From: Octopus bimaculoides
Lineage: Eukaryota
DNA: 64,000 nucleotides
Assembly (NCBI RefSeq): GCF_001194135.2
Contig: NC_068992.1
Coordinates: 47,738,610 to 47,802,609 of the forward strand
Reading direction: 5' to 3'
Position numbers and translations under genes: made by a program. Below, in pieces: positions 43,001-55,699 of this stretch (position 1 is the stretch's first letter; every line of letters begins with the position of its first letter). The notes under the pieces were generated by a model. The model was not told the origin of the DNA. It was given only the letters and a program-made list of their open reading frames with translations, and ran no database searches.

Positions 43001-43945
43001 GCCATATTCAAAGTAAACTCTTTAACATTCGGATTACTCAGTCAAATGTAATGCTTGTGCATTCACATTGTTTTTGCATAAACCATACATTGTCCCACAG
43101 CTTTGAGGTTTTTCAGGATGTGATTGCTTATTTTAAAAATAACACTGTAGGCTAGGTGAGAGAGGCAAGATCTGACCAGTTTAAACATAAGACAGGCAAA
43201 ATATTTGGGCTGGATATGACTGGCTTAAATAACAAAGGCTTAAATGTATGTCAGAATGTTTGTTGTATTCCAAATGTCAGATCAATAATTTATTAATAAT
43301 TTCAATTATCTAATATAGATGCAAGGCTTGAGATCGAGTGAGAGGAGGTTAGTCGATTAAATTGACTCCAGTACTTGACTGCTATTATATATTTTATTGA
43401 TCTGGAAGAAATGAAAGAAATGTTGACCTCAACAGAATTTGAACTCAAAATGGAAAAATTCAGAAGAAAATTTGCAAGGCATTTTGTAAGGCATTCTAAT
43501 GATTTTGTCAAACCACTACCTCCAAACACCAGATCAATTAATTGATTCTAATTTAGGATCAAGACCATCAATTTTAAAGGGAGAAAGGTTAGTCAACCCA
43601 AGTATTTAACTGGTGCATTTTTTTTATCAATCACAAAAGGACCTTGACAAATTAACCTTGACAAGATTTGGATTCAGAACATAAAGAGCTGGAAGAAAAA
43701 ATATACCACAAGGCATTTTGTCAAATCCTATATATATATATATATATATATATATACTCCATGAGAAACACAGTCATAAAAGTGTTAAGAGTTAAAGCCT
43801 GAAGATAATAAATATACAACAAATGAGGTAAAAAAAAGAAAAACACAAAAACCAAACAATTCAAAATACAAAGTGTGTGCCAGAAAGATCTTGTATGAGA
43901 AGCTACCTTGCAGACCACTGTAAAATACCCAGAGCTGATACTCAC

Positions 43946-44156
43946 CAGTAATTCTTAGTAGCACCTGTCGAGAGATCCTATCACGTGTACTCACTTGACA
44001 CACATATACACCACCATGTCGTTTTTCTAAATTTTTTATTAATAAGTTCCATTCATTGGCTTCTTCATTATGAGTTACCGTTACACTGGAATCTTTTACA
44101 TATGTGTAGGTACCGATTGTCCATGGGTGAGGATCAGATGCTTTTCTCCACATTAC
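43946..44156 (-). CDS. Internal exon of a Dpr/ZIG-8-like two-Ig-domain protein: C-terminal half of Ig1 (VMWRKASDPHPWTIGTYTYVKDSSVTVTHNEEANEWNLLIKNLEKRHGGVYVCQVSTRDRISRQVLLRIT)
   Basis: Acceptor ...cttgtaattaacag|GTAATG (phase 0) and donor ACTG|gtgag (phase 1); 211 nt = 70 codons + 1. Has the Ig C-strand Trp (VMW), WNLLI and G-x-Y-x-CQVST, matching the Dpr-family Ig1 pattern. Confidence 0.9.
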
Positions 44157-46089
44157 CTGTTAATTACAAGAAAAACGTTGCTCGTTAGTCTATAGTGATG
44201 GTTTACCCAGTGAGGTAAAACATTATTGCACATACTCACACATACATGCACATATAACACACACACACACATACACACAGACATGCACAGGCACATGCTC
44301 ACATGCACACAGGTGCTTCCTTATTCACAATACTGGCTACACTGCACATACCTGCATGTGTACACACACACACACACACACTGAAATGCACACATATAAG
44401 TAAACACTCACACATTTCCACACACATACATTCACTCACAGAACTGACTCAATTACACAAACATGCACACACACACACACACATAACTACCCTGTTCTCC
44501 CCTCCTCTTCCCTCCCTCTCCACATAAGGAACAACACCAATAAATCTTTACAGGATGACAAACATATCCCAGCATCTACAGACACACATACATGCATACA
44601 TACACATAGGCATAGGACCAGCTCTCAGACAGACACAAGGTAGATTTTGAAGAGAGTGTGCATGTTGTTGATGAGGTTACAAATAGCGACAAAAGGACTT
44701 TGACAAACAAACAATCAATTGATTGTTTAACCAATACATTAAACAAATGATTGATCAGTTAGTTGGTGAGATATTTAACTAATTGACTAACAATAAAGAA
44801 GTGATATTGAACCAGTAATTGTGTTTGTTATCGTTGGTGTAATGACCTTCCCAATAATAATAACAGCAATAATAATAATAATCATTAAAATAGTTTATAA
44901 ACGATTTAAATAACACAACAGCAACATTAGTGGAGTAAAAATGAAAATAGCAAAAGCAGAAGATTGTTCTAGAATATATTGATTAGTTTATGCAAATGAA
45001 GTAGTTAGAAAAATCTTGGTGATATAAAATGTAACATGTAAACAGTAATAGAATATGAAAAACACAAATTTGTCAAAAAAACATGTTACTGTTGCCATCT
45101 TTCTGTAATATATACATACATGTGTGCATATATATAAATGTATACATGTGTATGTGTCTGTGTGTGTGTGTGTGTGTATGTGTGTGTCTGATCCTTTAAT
45201 GTCCATTTTCCTAGTTGGCATGGGTTGGACGGCTTGACAGGATCTGTCCAGTTAGAGAGCAGTTCAGGCTCCAATTGTCCGTTTTGGCATGGTTTCTATG
45301 GCTGGATGCCCTTCCTCATGCCAACCACTTTAGAGAGTGTGTTAAGTACTTTTATATGCCACCAGTACATGTATCTATCTATCTATCTGTCTATCTATGT
45401 ACTATGTATCAATCATCGTTTAATATCCACCTCCCATGCTGGCATGGGTGGGACAGTTTGACAGGACCTGGCCAGCAGAAGCCTGTATCAGACTTCTGTT
45501 ACTGTTTTGTCAGGATTTTTACAGCTGGATGCTCTTCCTAACACACACCACTTAGCAGAGTGGACTATATATATATATATATATATAAAACCTTTCTTAT
45601 TAATTCTATGTTAGAATAGTGTTGTTTATTTGTTGTTGTTTTTTTTTAGTCTGGTTGTAGTGGTGGTGGTAGAGTTGTTTGTTGGTTATTGTTGATATTG
45701 AATAAGGGAACCATGATAGAAAGCGTTTCAACCACATTCATCTTACCATTTTTGTAAAACTATGAGTATCTTAGACTACATTATCTAATGCATCTTATTA
45801 TACATTAAAGATGGTATTGTGTAATACGAGGAGAGTTCCTATGTCTAGAAACCATATATATATACTTATGTGGTTTCCCGGTTTACCAATTAACATTAGC
45901 ACCATTAACTAATTACTTATTTGTTTCATCTTAGTTCATTTTCAAGATAGTTGCTTTGAAAACAGATAGACAGAATGATATAGAGCATGATGAAAAGATA
46001 CAACCCACATCTTTCCATATTTTGTCTTTGCCACCAAGCAGGTGACCAGAAAATATTCTGTAACAAAGCAATCAGAAGGAGAAAACATG

Positions 46090-46535
46090 CATGTGTGCGT
46101 ACCTAAGTACATAGGACCTACTTCGTCCCGCTTCCTCCCAGTATGTTGCTTCACAGCATTCAATATACACATAATTTTTCACGTCTGGCCATATAAGCCT
46201 TTTCCGTTTGTTTTCCTGGTTTGTTTTCTGTCCGCCACTACATTCTTCCATGGTACAAATTTAATTTGTGGTCCATGGGAAGAGCCATTTTAACAATGCG
46301 TCCTGCCCTAACTCTTTGAAATGCCTGCGTTAGAATGGTGGCAGCTGATGAAGGAAAATGTTCTCTATGTGGCCTGTGTGTTTTCTGTACTCTGGTTATT
46401 ATTATTTTTTGTCTACGTTTTGTTTGCAACGTCCTGTACCCAGATATGCACCTATATATACAGGTAGATGTAGGTATACACATACTTCTACGTATATATG
46501 CATATACTCATTTATTATTTGTTTTACATATAAAT
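46090..46535. repeat. Inverted diverged copy of the 36070-37095 repeat
   Basis: cttcgtcccg...ttttccgtttgttttcc...gctgatgaaggaaaatgttctctatgtgg...ctcatttattatttg is the reverse complement of the 36-kb unit. Confidence 0.8.
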
Positions 46536-46934
46536 GTACATGCACACACACACATATCCATGCTATGTTTCTCTCTTTATGTGCCACGCCTGTTTTTTGG
46601 TTATCAACAATCATGGACCCTAACATCAAAGTTTGAAAATTTCATGATTTTTTTCCTTGAGAAGAATATAGTAATGGGTTCCAAAGAATTTCCCTGGTTT
46701 TATATTGCTATTGGTGGTGGTGGTGGTGGGAATAGTATCAAAATAGAGGGAGCAAAAGATAAAAGGATAAAATAAATCATTAACTTCAGAGTGAAAAAAG
46801 TAAGGTGTCACATTATATTTGTAACAGTATTGTACTTGACTAAATGGCCATGTTGTTTTCACAATGTCAGAATATTATTATAGTAAATGTCATGTTGCAA
46901 AGAAGATTAACGATTCTGCTAGGCAGAACTATTT

Positions 46935-46970
<36 letters not shown>

Positions 46971-47234
46971 AAAAGAGATGAAATGCTTAATTATATTGTT
47001 GGATAGATTGGGGGTTGGGGGTAGTGAGAGTGAGGTGGTATTATTGTAATAGGGAAGAATAAGGGAGGATGAGGTAACAAGAGTGGCGGCAACAAGGAAG
47101 GGAGGGACATTGGTTAATTGAGAAAATAAATGAAACACCAACAGATTTGAAAAACAGTTGAACAGGTAAAAAAAAATAATTAAAACATAAAGCAAATATT
47201 TACATACACCTGCACATAAAAATGCATAAATGTA

Positions 47235-47265
<31 letters not shown>

Positions 47266-47370
47266 TGGAAGGTTTGGAGGTGATGTACAGGGGAATTATA
47301 TATTAGAAAAAATAATAATCAGATACTACCTAGTACTTCGCTACCTTTAACAAAGTCCACTATCTTTTTT

Positions 47371-47605
47371 GTGGAGGCATGTGGCTTAGTGATCGTAAGA
47401 TTGTGGTTTTGATTCCTGGACCGGGCGATGCATTGTGTTCTTGAGCAAGACACTTCATTTCACATTGCTCCAAGCCACTCAGCTGGCAAACATGAGTAAC
47501 GCTGCAATGGACTGGCGTCCCGTCCAGCTGGGGAACACATACGCCATTGAAACCAGGAAACTGGGCCCATGAGCTTGTCTAGGCTTTAAAAGGGCCCATT
47601 TATTT
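47371..47605 (+). mobile_element. SINE family C copy with a short head deletion
   Basis: Reverse complement of 25023-25277. Confidence 0.8.
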
Positions 47606-48160
47606 TTTTTTTTACCATCTTCTTTAACTTAGTCCTCTCTGGTCAAAGCTATCCTGTACTTTAGGAGTCTTCATGAATACATTGTTTAATGCATCGTTCT
47701 CTTCTTTTTCTTTCAAACCAGTCATGTATCATTTGAGGGAGACATGGATTCTATTTCAACTAGGTCCCTTTCCTCTCAGTGATATCAAGTAGTACATCCA
47801 GCCTTCACTCATGAATGAGTATGTCATGATAACTGGTTCCCTGCTTTTCCTAATTGTCTTAAGTGTTTAAATAGTCATGAGCAGACATAAACAGTGAGTT
47901 TGCCTCCACAATGTTCACTCTAACATCTTGAACACTCAGGATATTAGAGCTGGAAGGAACGAGGGCTGCACTAGCACTCAGTTGTTACTCATTCTCAGCT
48001 GAGTAAATTTGTGCAATATGGAACATTGTGTCCAGCACAAGAACACAATGCACCATCCAGTTAGTGGCAAATTACATTGAACTCACAACCTTATATTCAT
48101 AAGCTGAACACCACTAACCACTAGACTGTGTACCTACACAAACTAAATGTGATACTGAGG

Positions 48161-48250
48161 GCATTTAGGTTTCCCATGTGGCCACCCATCTAAGTACTAA
48201 CCAGACTTGATATTGCTTAAATTCAATGATTGGTTGAGAAGCTGTACTAT
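48161..48250 (-). pseudogene. 5S rRNA-derived segment (5S pseudogene or 5S-derived SINE head)
   Basis: The reverse complement of 48171-48240 is TTCTCAACCAATCATTGAATTTAAGCAATATCAAGTCTGGTTAGTACTTAGATGGGTGGCCACATGGGAA. It is colinear with metazoan 5S rRNA as I recall it (TTCTCGTCCGATCACCGAAGTTAAGCAACGTCGGGCCCGGTTAGTACTTGGATGGGTGACCGCCTGGGAA); differences are mostly transitions. Confidence 0.75.
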
Positions 48251-48826
48251 GAACATGAAAACTTCCAATAGAGTTCAACTTGTGAGGATTATAATGTGTT
48301 ATATTTATTAGGTTATACAATCAGTACATTTGTCATTATAGCACCTGAACTAACCAAGTAATGAATTTAATGAATTACAGAGTACAAAAGTTCATTATCA
48401 GAATAATCAAGTAGCAGTACATAAATTTATTTTATCAAGAAAAATTGAATAACAACGTAATAAATGATCATGGATACTAAGTCACTGTTTAGATAACTTA
48501 TAGATTTGTCTATAAACTTTAAGTGTTTGTGTATTCTCAAATAGATGCAGACAACCTATAAGTCAGAGGATCATCCAAACAGTAAGATCTGGAAGGAGAA
48601 AGGGATGCACTGATTCAAGGCTGATATTATATTTTCATTGCTTCAAAAAGAAGAAAGGCAATACTGACTTTGGCAGGATTTGAACTCAGAGTGTAGAGAG
48701 AGCTGGGAAAAATATTTCAATATGTTCTATCAAATGGTCTAATAACTGTCCATTCATGGCCTCATCTAAATATATACACACACATTTTTCTCATGAATAT
48801 ATGTACATACATATATACATGCATAC

Positions 48827-48894
<68 letters not shown>

Positions 48895-49494
48895 TAGAAA
48901 GACACACATGAATGGAGGAGGCAGTACAATTATAGCTAATCAAAGCAAAATATTTAATCGCTTAGAGTGCACAACAACTCAAAAAGTAGTCAGAGCTATG
49001 ACTTTATAGCAATGTGAATGAAAGAAACAAACCTCATATGCATATATCATATGATAATAAAATATGGAGCATTTACCGCAAGTTTTCTCACAATATATGA
49101 ATAAATATGTAAGTAAGTATGTATGCGTGCATGTTCATATGTATGTATATGTTACATACATGTATATGTATGTATGTGTGTGTATGTATGTATGAAGTAA
49201 CAGTTTTGATATACAGTAAATGTTATTACTGTTGTATTCATCTCACCACACTACTATAATTCCACAATCAGAATATCTAGAGGCATTCTCTCCCCCCCCC
49301 CTCTCTCTCTCTCTTTCACTTTTCTATCACCACCACCCTTATATCTCTCTCTTCCCAATCTCACTGCTACTCTCTCTCTCCTACCTCTTCTTTTTCCAAC
49401 TAGATATAAATATTGATGAGGAATTTTTTCATTTTTTTTTTTCTTTTACCTGTCTGTCATAAATCAGAAAAATATGCACACATACACACACACA

Positions 49495-49534
<40 letters not shown>

Positions 49535-50110
49535 GATATTTGCACAACAACATCAACATCAGCATCAACAATAATAGCAAAAATCAATTAAAGTCTTATA
49601 TAGATTTGATTTCCAACTGTTCTAAAGAAATGCGTAGGGTTAACAGTGGAATATTTTCGAATATTTTATTCATAGCTTCAATCTATAAAAAGAGTTTGAA
49701 TTTAGTTTTATTTTTGGTGTTATTGTTGTTATTCCATATTGGCCATGGAATGCAATGGCGGGCACAGTTTATTCAAGACATCATATAAACACGACTTGTT
49801 TGACTAATGTAATTGTTCAGAGAATGCTGGTAGCACCAAAAGTGAGAAATCTCTCTTGGAATTTTGCAACGGAAATCTGTGTCTGCAAACATTGCTGTGA
49901 TACAGGGGGGAAAATTTGTGAGTGAGGAGTAGGCACAGAGAGAGAGAGAGAAGAAGGGAGTGAGATTGGGAAGAAGAGAGAGAGCAAGAGAGGGAGAAGG
50001 AGAGCGGGGGGAAAGAATGTTTAGATTTCTTTCATTATTCAAAAAATATGAAATTTATGGTGAAACATCTATGAAAACCATGTTTATTTAGGAAGTTTCT
50101 TTTATATTTT

Positions 50111-50152
<42 letters not shown>

Positions 50153-50559
50153 AAAATGTGTGTATATTTGTATGTGTATACATATATATATATGCATATG
50201 TATCTGCATATGATTGTATGTGCATATGTTTGTGTACATGTGTGTGTGTGTGTCTGTCTGTCTGTATTCTTTTTTTGCTTGTATTGAAGAGATAAAATTT
50301 GATATTGTATTAAAATGATATCATTGAAAGACAAATACTTGTCGATATTTTAGTCATTAGTATAGAGTAGGCTTTTTTTTTTATTAAAAATTTCATGATT
50401 TAGAAAGGAGCAAGGGGTAATGACCTTGATATTTACATAGCAACTCTGACCGTAGCAGTCACAGCTTCTCTATGACTGTGACCTTCACAAGTCATTTGGG
50501 ATAACCAGCTGAATACAATATGAAATACAATTAAAAAAATATATAAACAGAATCAAATC

Positions 50560-51160
50560 AAATCAAAATCGCTGACGTAGCCGATGACAGTACCGCCTGA
50601 TTGGCACTCATGCCTGTGGAACATAAAAAGCACATCCGAATGTGGGGTGTAACCAGCCAACATATGAGTACCCCTCATTCATTGGACAATAAACTCTGCT
50701 TGCGAAGACCTATTGAGGCAAGTGAAATCAAATGAAATCAAAATCACTGGCATGGTCGATGACAGTAGCACCTGATTGGCACTTGTGCCAGTGGAATGTT
50801 AAAAGTACATCCGAGTATGATACTTGCCAGGGCCACGTATTGGCTCCCGTGCCGGTGGCACATAAAAAGCACCATTCGAGCATGATCATTGCCAGTGTCA
50901 TCTTACTGGCACATGTGCTGGTGGTACATGAAAAACAACATTCGAGCGTGGTCGTTGCCAGTGCCGCCGGACTGGCTCCTGTGCAGGTAGCAAGTAAAAA
51001 AAAACACCTTTTGAGCATGGTCGTTGCCAGAACTGCCTGACTGGCCCTTGTGCCGTTGGCACGTAAAAGCACCTATTACGCTCTTGGAGTGGTTGGCATT
51101 AGGAAGGGCATCCAGCTGTAGAAACTTTGCCAGATCAGACTGAGTCTGGTGCAGCCTCCT
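50560..51160 (+). mobile_element. RTE-family 3' UTR-derived repeat with ~62-bp internal tandem units
   Basis: Repeated gtgcc(g/a)gtggcac(a/g)taaaaagcacc...attcgagc(a/g)tg(g/a)tc(g/a)ttgccag units, ending in gtggttggcattaggaagggcatccagctgtagaaac, a motif shared with copies at 14040, 18590, 23650, 38150 (-), 45290 (-) and 63300. Confidence 0.6.
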
Positions 51161-51161
51161 T

Positions 51162-51358
51162 TCTCAGGTCTCCATGTTTATCAACCTTTTCTATTTCTTT
51201 CATGATGATATGTTGATCTCCTGGCACTGCCACATAGATTATTGGGCACTCTTGTTTGTCTCACCTAAAGGTTACAACATCTGGTCTTCAGTGCTCTAAC
51301 ACCTCGTCTGTCTGGAAGATAAAGTCCCAGAGGATTTTTGCTTTCCCCTTTCATCCAG
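51162..51358 (-). mobile_element. R4/Dong-like RLE fragment (third subfamily)
   Basis: Minus strand reads KAKILWDFIFQTDEVLEH*RPDVVTFR*DKQECPIIYVAVPGDQHIIMKEIEKVDKHGDLR; its 5' truncation abuts the (GAT)n/(AAT)n array at 51361. Confidence 0.72.
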
Positions 51359-51360
51359 TA

Positions 51361-51369
51361 CTTATTATT

Positions 51370-51462
<93 letters not shown>

Positions 51463-51478
51463 GTCGTCGTCATCATCA

Positions 51479-51518
<40 letters not shown>

Positions 51519-51556
51519 CATCATCATCATTATCATCATCATAATTATTATTATTG
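51361..51556. repeat. Compound (ATC)n/(GTC)n/(ATT)n microsatellite
   Basis: Read directly from the sequence. Confidence 0.95.
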
Positions 51557-52583
51557 CATAAATGTGACAAGCTAACAAAAGTCAGAGTGTCAGACAAAAT
51601 ACCTTGTAGTATTTTTTTTCTTTACATTCTGAGTTCAAAACCTATCAAAGTGAATGCACTCATTGAGGTTAATAAGATGCATTACTCATCAACTACAGGA
51701 GTCAAGAGCCTCAACTACTCCACATTGCCTTAAGGTCTCATGACTAAATCAGAAACCATTATTATAATTGTATAAGGATATAATCAAGCAACATCTCAGT
51801 AAAACAGGTCTCTAGGTTACAAGTTACATAGACAATGTCAGCAGCTGACCACAAACAATGGCAGAGCACTTGAGAGACAGGTATAAACATTGCAGAATTG
51901 AATTGAATGAAAAATTAAGATGAGGAAAACAGAGAAATTATTTAAAGTATATGAAGGATTATACCATCTACAGTTTCATTTCATATTTTTGTACTTTTAA
52001 TATTACTACTGTTCTATGTACAATGTGTAGCCATTTATACCTCACAACATGATTCTTGTCGATATTTCTATTGATATTCAAAGTAAAAATTTTATCATGT
52101 GACTTAAATAGTTTATTTCCAGCATAAGAGACTAACTATACCTTGGAAGATGACATACTAAAAAAAAAATCCAGTTCGGCGACATTAAAATTTAATTGAA
52201 GGTACTCACTTTGTATGTATGTGTTTTACACACATGGTACAGTGTATCAGAAAATATCACACTTTCACTAGTGAATATATGAATAAATAATATGCTTTGC
52301 ATATGATTAATGACTAGATGTATGTGTGAGAAAATTTTCTCTTTTTTTTTTTTTAGCAATCAATCAAATTTTGATGTGTTTGCAAACATCTTTTGCTTAC
52401 TGAGTCACACAGCTTTCCTTCTTTAATTGTTAAAATAACCAACAATATGAAACTCAGAGTAAAGAGTAAAGAACCTCCAGATTCTGATAAAATATATACA
52501 AACTCAGTTGTATGTATTAAGTACATTTTTTTCCATTTCAATTTTCATCCACCTACATGCCTGCTAACTACACTATCTGTCTG

Positions 52584-52642
<59 letters not shown>

Positions 52643-52944
52643 GTCTATCTATCTACCTACCTATATATCTTTCTCTCTCTCTCTATATATATATAAACGC
52701 ACACACACACACACACANNNNNNNNNNNNNNNNNNNNNNNNNNNNNNNNNNNNNNNNNNNNNNNNNNNNNNNNNNNNNNNNNNNNNNNNNNNNNNNNNNN
52801 NNNNNNNNNNNNNNNNNNNNNNNNNNNNNNNNNNNNNNNNNNNNNNNNNNNNNNNNNNNTATAATAGAAATATGTTTCAAAAAGAAAACAGAAACTACAT
52901 GTGGAAAAGATATGGGGAGAGTAAGATGAAAAAAAGTGAAAATT

Positions 52945-52984
<40 letters not shown>

Positions 52985-53944
52985 CACACATACATATATA
53001 CATACACACGCATACACACACACATACTACACTCATGCACGTACGCACACAATCTGAGGCAGCCACGTATATATCAATACATATATTTCCACTGATACTT
53101 CTAATTACATTTTGGACATACACTTTACTTATATACAATTGCATTGACTTTTCTTCTTGCTGATGTACAAATGAAATTCTTTCTCAAATAATTTGAACTT
53201 CATATTCAAGGCTCTGCTGAAGCTATAAGGTGTTATACAGTCCATTGTATCAGAAACTTCTGTAAGCTAATGAAGTTCAGGAGATAATCATTCATTCCTT
53301 TATAATCTTTCTTTCTTATTCCCGTGCTATACTTGTCTAATGCTTCATTTTGAAAATTACGTATATTGAGTTCTACATTAGGTTATTAGTTTCTCAATGT
53401 CTCAATGAAATATGTGTGCTTGCATATATATATGTAAATATATGGATATGTGTGTGTGCATATATATATATATATATGTAAATATATGTGTATGTATGTA
53501 TATATATATATATATAAGAAAATAAGAAAATAGAAATAACTAAATTAATAATTATTTATTAATTACAAAATTGGACATCATTATTATCCCTTAATGAGGT
53601 TTTTAACCTTTAACTGAACTTTTTATATATATATANNNNNNNNNNNNNNNNNNNNNNNNNNNNNNNNNNNNNNNNNNNNNNNNNNNNNNNNNNNNNNNNN
53701 NNNNNNNNNNNNNNNNNNNNNNNNNNNNNNNNNNNNNNNNNNNNNNNNNNNNNNNNNNNNNNNNNNNNNNNNNNNNNNNNNNNNNNNNNNNNNNNNNNNN
53801 NNNNNNNNNNNNNNNNNNNNNNNNNNNNNNNNNNNNNNNNNNNNNNNNNNNNNNNNNNNTTTTTTTTTTTTTTTTTGCATTGTCTGACAATACAGACATA
53901 GACTTGCCCAAATTAATCAAAAAATTAACATTGATATGTTTTTC

Positions 53945-54200
53945 ACCGTTGTTACAATTATCTGAAATAGAACTGTGAAAGCATGATATTTGAGCAATTT
54001 TGCTATTCAATTTCAAAAAAGAATGTAAAGCAGCTGAATCTGCTGGCGATATCAATAAAACATTTGGTGAGGAAATGACCAGTGAGTGGCTTAAACGATT
54101 TTGCAGTGGAGACCTGACCCTTGAAGGTCAACAATTGAGGCATGAAGAGGAAAGCAGCTGTCATAGATGTTGTAGCAAGGATGACATTTAATGAATTCAC
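53945..54200 (+). mobile_element. Mariner transposase N-terminal HTH remnant
   Basis: LLFNFKKECKAAESAGDINKTFGEEMTSEWLKRFCSGDLTLE matches the mariner HTH pattern (EFKKG..AAE.AR.IN..FG.....WF.RF.SGD..LED). Confidence 0.75.
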
Positions 54201-54442
54201 ATGTCAATTATTATTGGTCCAGTTTTACACTCTGACAACTTTTAAACTTCCATATCAATGACTGCACATGGACGACTTTATGGTCTACTTCTAGGAGAAT
54301 TTAATGGTTATAAAGATGCCTTTCTATGTGTATAGGTTTACTTTCTGTATTTAGCTTTAGCTCAACAGTTCACTTCGATCACCTTGTTAGTCTGAACAGA
54401 GAGATTTCAGAAAGGCATGTTGTATCACACGTAACATCACAA

Positions 54443-54703
54443 AGGCTAATATGATATAAGATAGATATAGGCATATAAATTACATAGACTAACATGATCT
54501 TAGGCAGTCATGTCAATGTTACATAGGCTAATATATTTTAAGATAGATATAGTCATATCAGCATCAAATAAGCTAATATGATCTAAGATAGATATAGGCA
54601 TATATATTACATGGACTAATATGATCTCAGACAGTCATATGAATGTTACATGGGCTAATATATTTTAAGGTAGACGTAGTCATATCAACATCTCATAGGC
54701 TAA
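54443..54703. repeat. 127-bp higher-order minisatellite made of three ~39-45-bp related monomers
   Basis: (a/g)(g/a)(g/a)ctaa(t/c)at monomer starts; the higher-order unit restarts at 54443, 54570 and 54697. Confidence 0.85.
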
Positions 54704-54744
54704 AGATATCTATTTTCAGTTTTAATATAGTAGTAATTACATAT

Positions 54745-55545
54745 TGCCCAGCAAAACATGGTTAGCTAACTAACCAGTGATGTTTCTGGCTATATTCTTT
54801 GTAAAGAATGGACACTCAGAACTGAAGTAGCCAATTTATTTCTTTATCTTGATTATATTTTCTAACAATTGATATTAGTTTTATATTTGTATTCTATTAT
54901 GTTGATAATATTACATGACAAGGCCTTGATCTTGTACAACTAAAAAACCAGATCTTCTGATTCTAACGTCAGTCTAGAGATTTTGAACAGTTGTTGGCTT
55001 CCATATTGTTTTGCTATCTTTCTATCTACTCTTGTACAATATTGACAATAGGGAGAAAAAAAAATCTCTTTTCTTTTTTTTTTATCTTTCCAAGTCTTGC
55101 TTTGATTTTATTCTTTTTCTTTCCATTTCTTTACCTTTTCTGATATTTTGTCCTTATCTAACCCTTTTACCTCAATGTAATTAGTTTCAAGTTTGTACTT
55201 TATTGTTTATGTTGAGAGAAAGGCTTTTTTTAAACTTTTGTTATTCATGTTGCCGCTTTCTACCAATCAGTTTTTTTTATTTTTGCTTGCTTCTAACTAT
55301 TTTTGCTATATCCACCGTGGTTAATTTGTAATAGTTTTCTATTTGTATCAAGCCCTGTCCTTCATGTATGCATAATAGGCATATCTTATCTACATTCACC
55401 AAAGAATGGTGGGTTTGGAATACAAAGAGTAATTTTCTAGATTTCCAGTCTAAGTTCTTCAGTTCACTAAACTTCCAATTTATCATACAGAGGCTGTAGT
55501 TTATTATTTGTTTGGTTAGTGTATTTATACTTATAATCTCATTTA
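54745..55545 (-). mobile_element. Degraded R4/Dong-like fragment, RT thumb to zinc-knuckle region
   Basis: INEIISINTLTKQIINYSLCMINWKFSELKNLDWKSRKLL...HH..VNVDKI.L....GQGLIQIENYYK resembles the R4-clade post-RT region. Downstream frameshifted VQDQGL and SECP pieces are present. Confidence 0.55.
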
Positions 55546-55699
55546 TGACTACCATAGGTACAGGCAAGACTCTTGGCACAGGTAAGGCTGTGAGGTGAAG
55601 ACGTTTATTTATACCTACATGGTTCTAGGTTCAGTTTCCCTGCAAAACACCTGTAGCAAGTGTCGTCTACTATAGCGCCACACCAACCAGTAACACATA

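Noticed and set aside
49630-49788. Plus-strand 52-codon ORF with a hydrophobic stretch (LNLVLFLVLLLLFHIGHG)
   Set aside because: It stops immediately, has no donor site or recognisable homology, and the hydrophobicity comes from a (TTG/TTA)-rich tract.
52401-52526. Minus-strand MYLIHTTEFVYILSESGGSLLFTLSFILLVILTIKEGKLCDS followed by a gtaagc donor: looks like a signal-peptide exon for the Dpr-like gene
   Set aside because: It would require the first half of Ig1 to lie between 44157 and 52400. I found no such exon there and the interval has no gaps. Hydrophobic runs arise easily in T-rich DNA. Only RNA-seq could rescue it.
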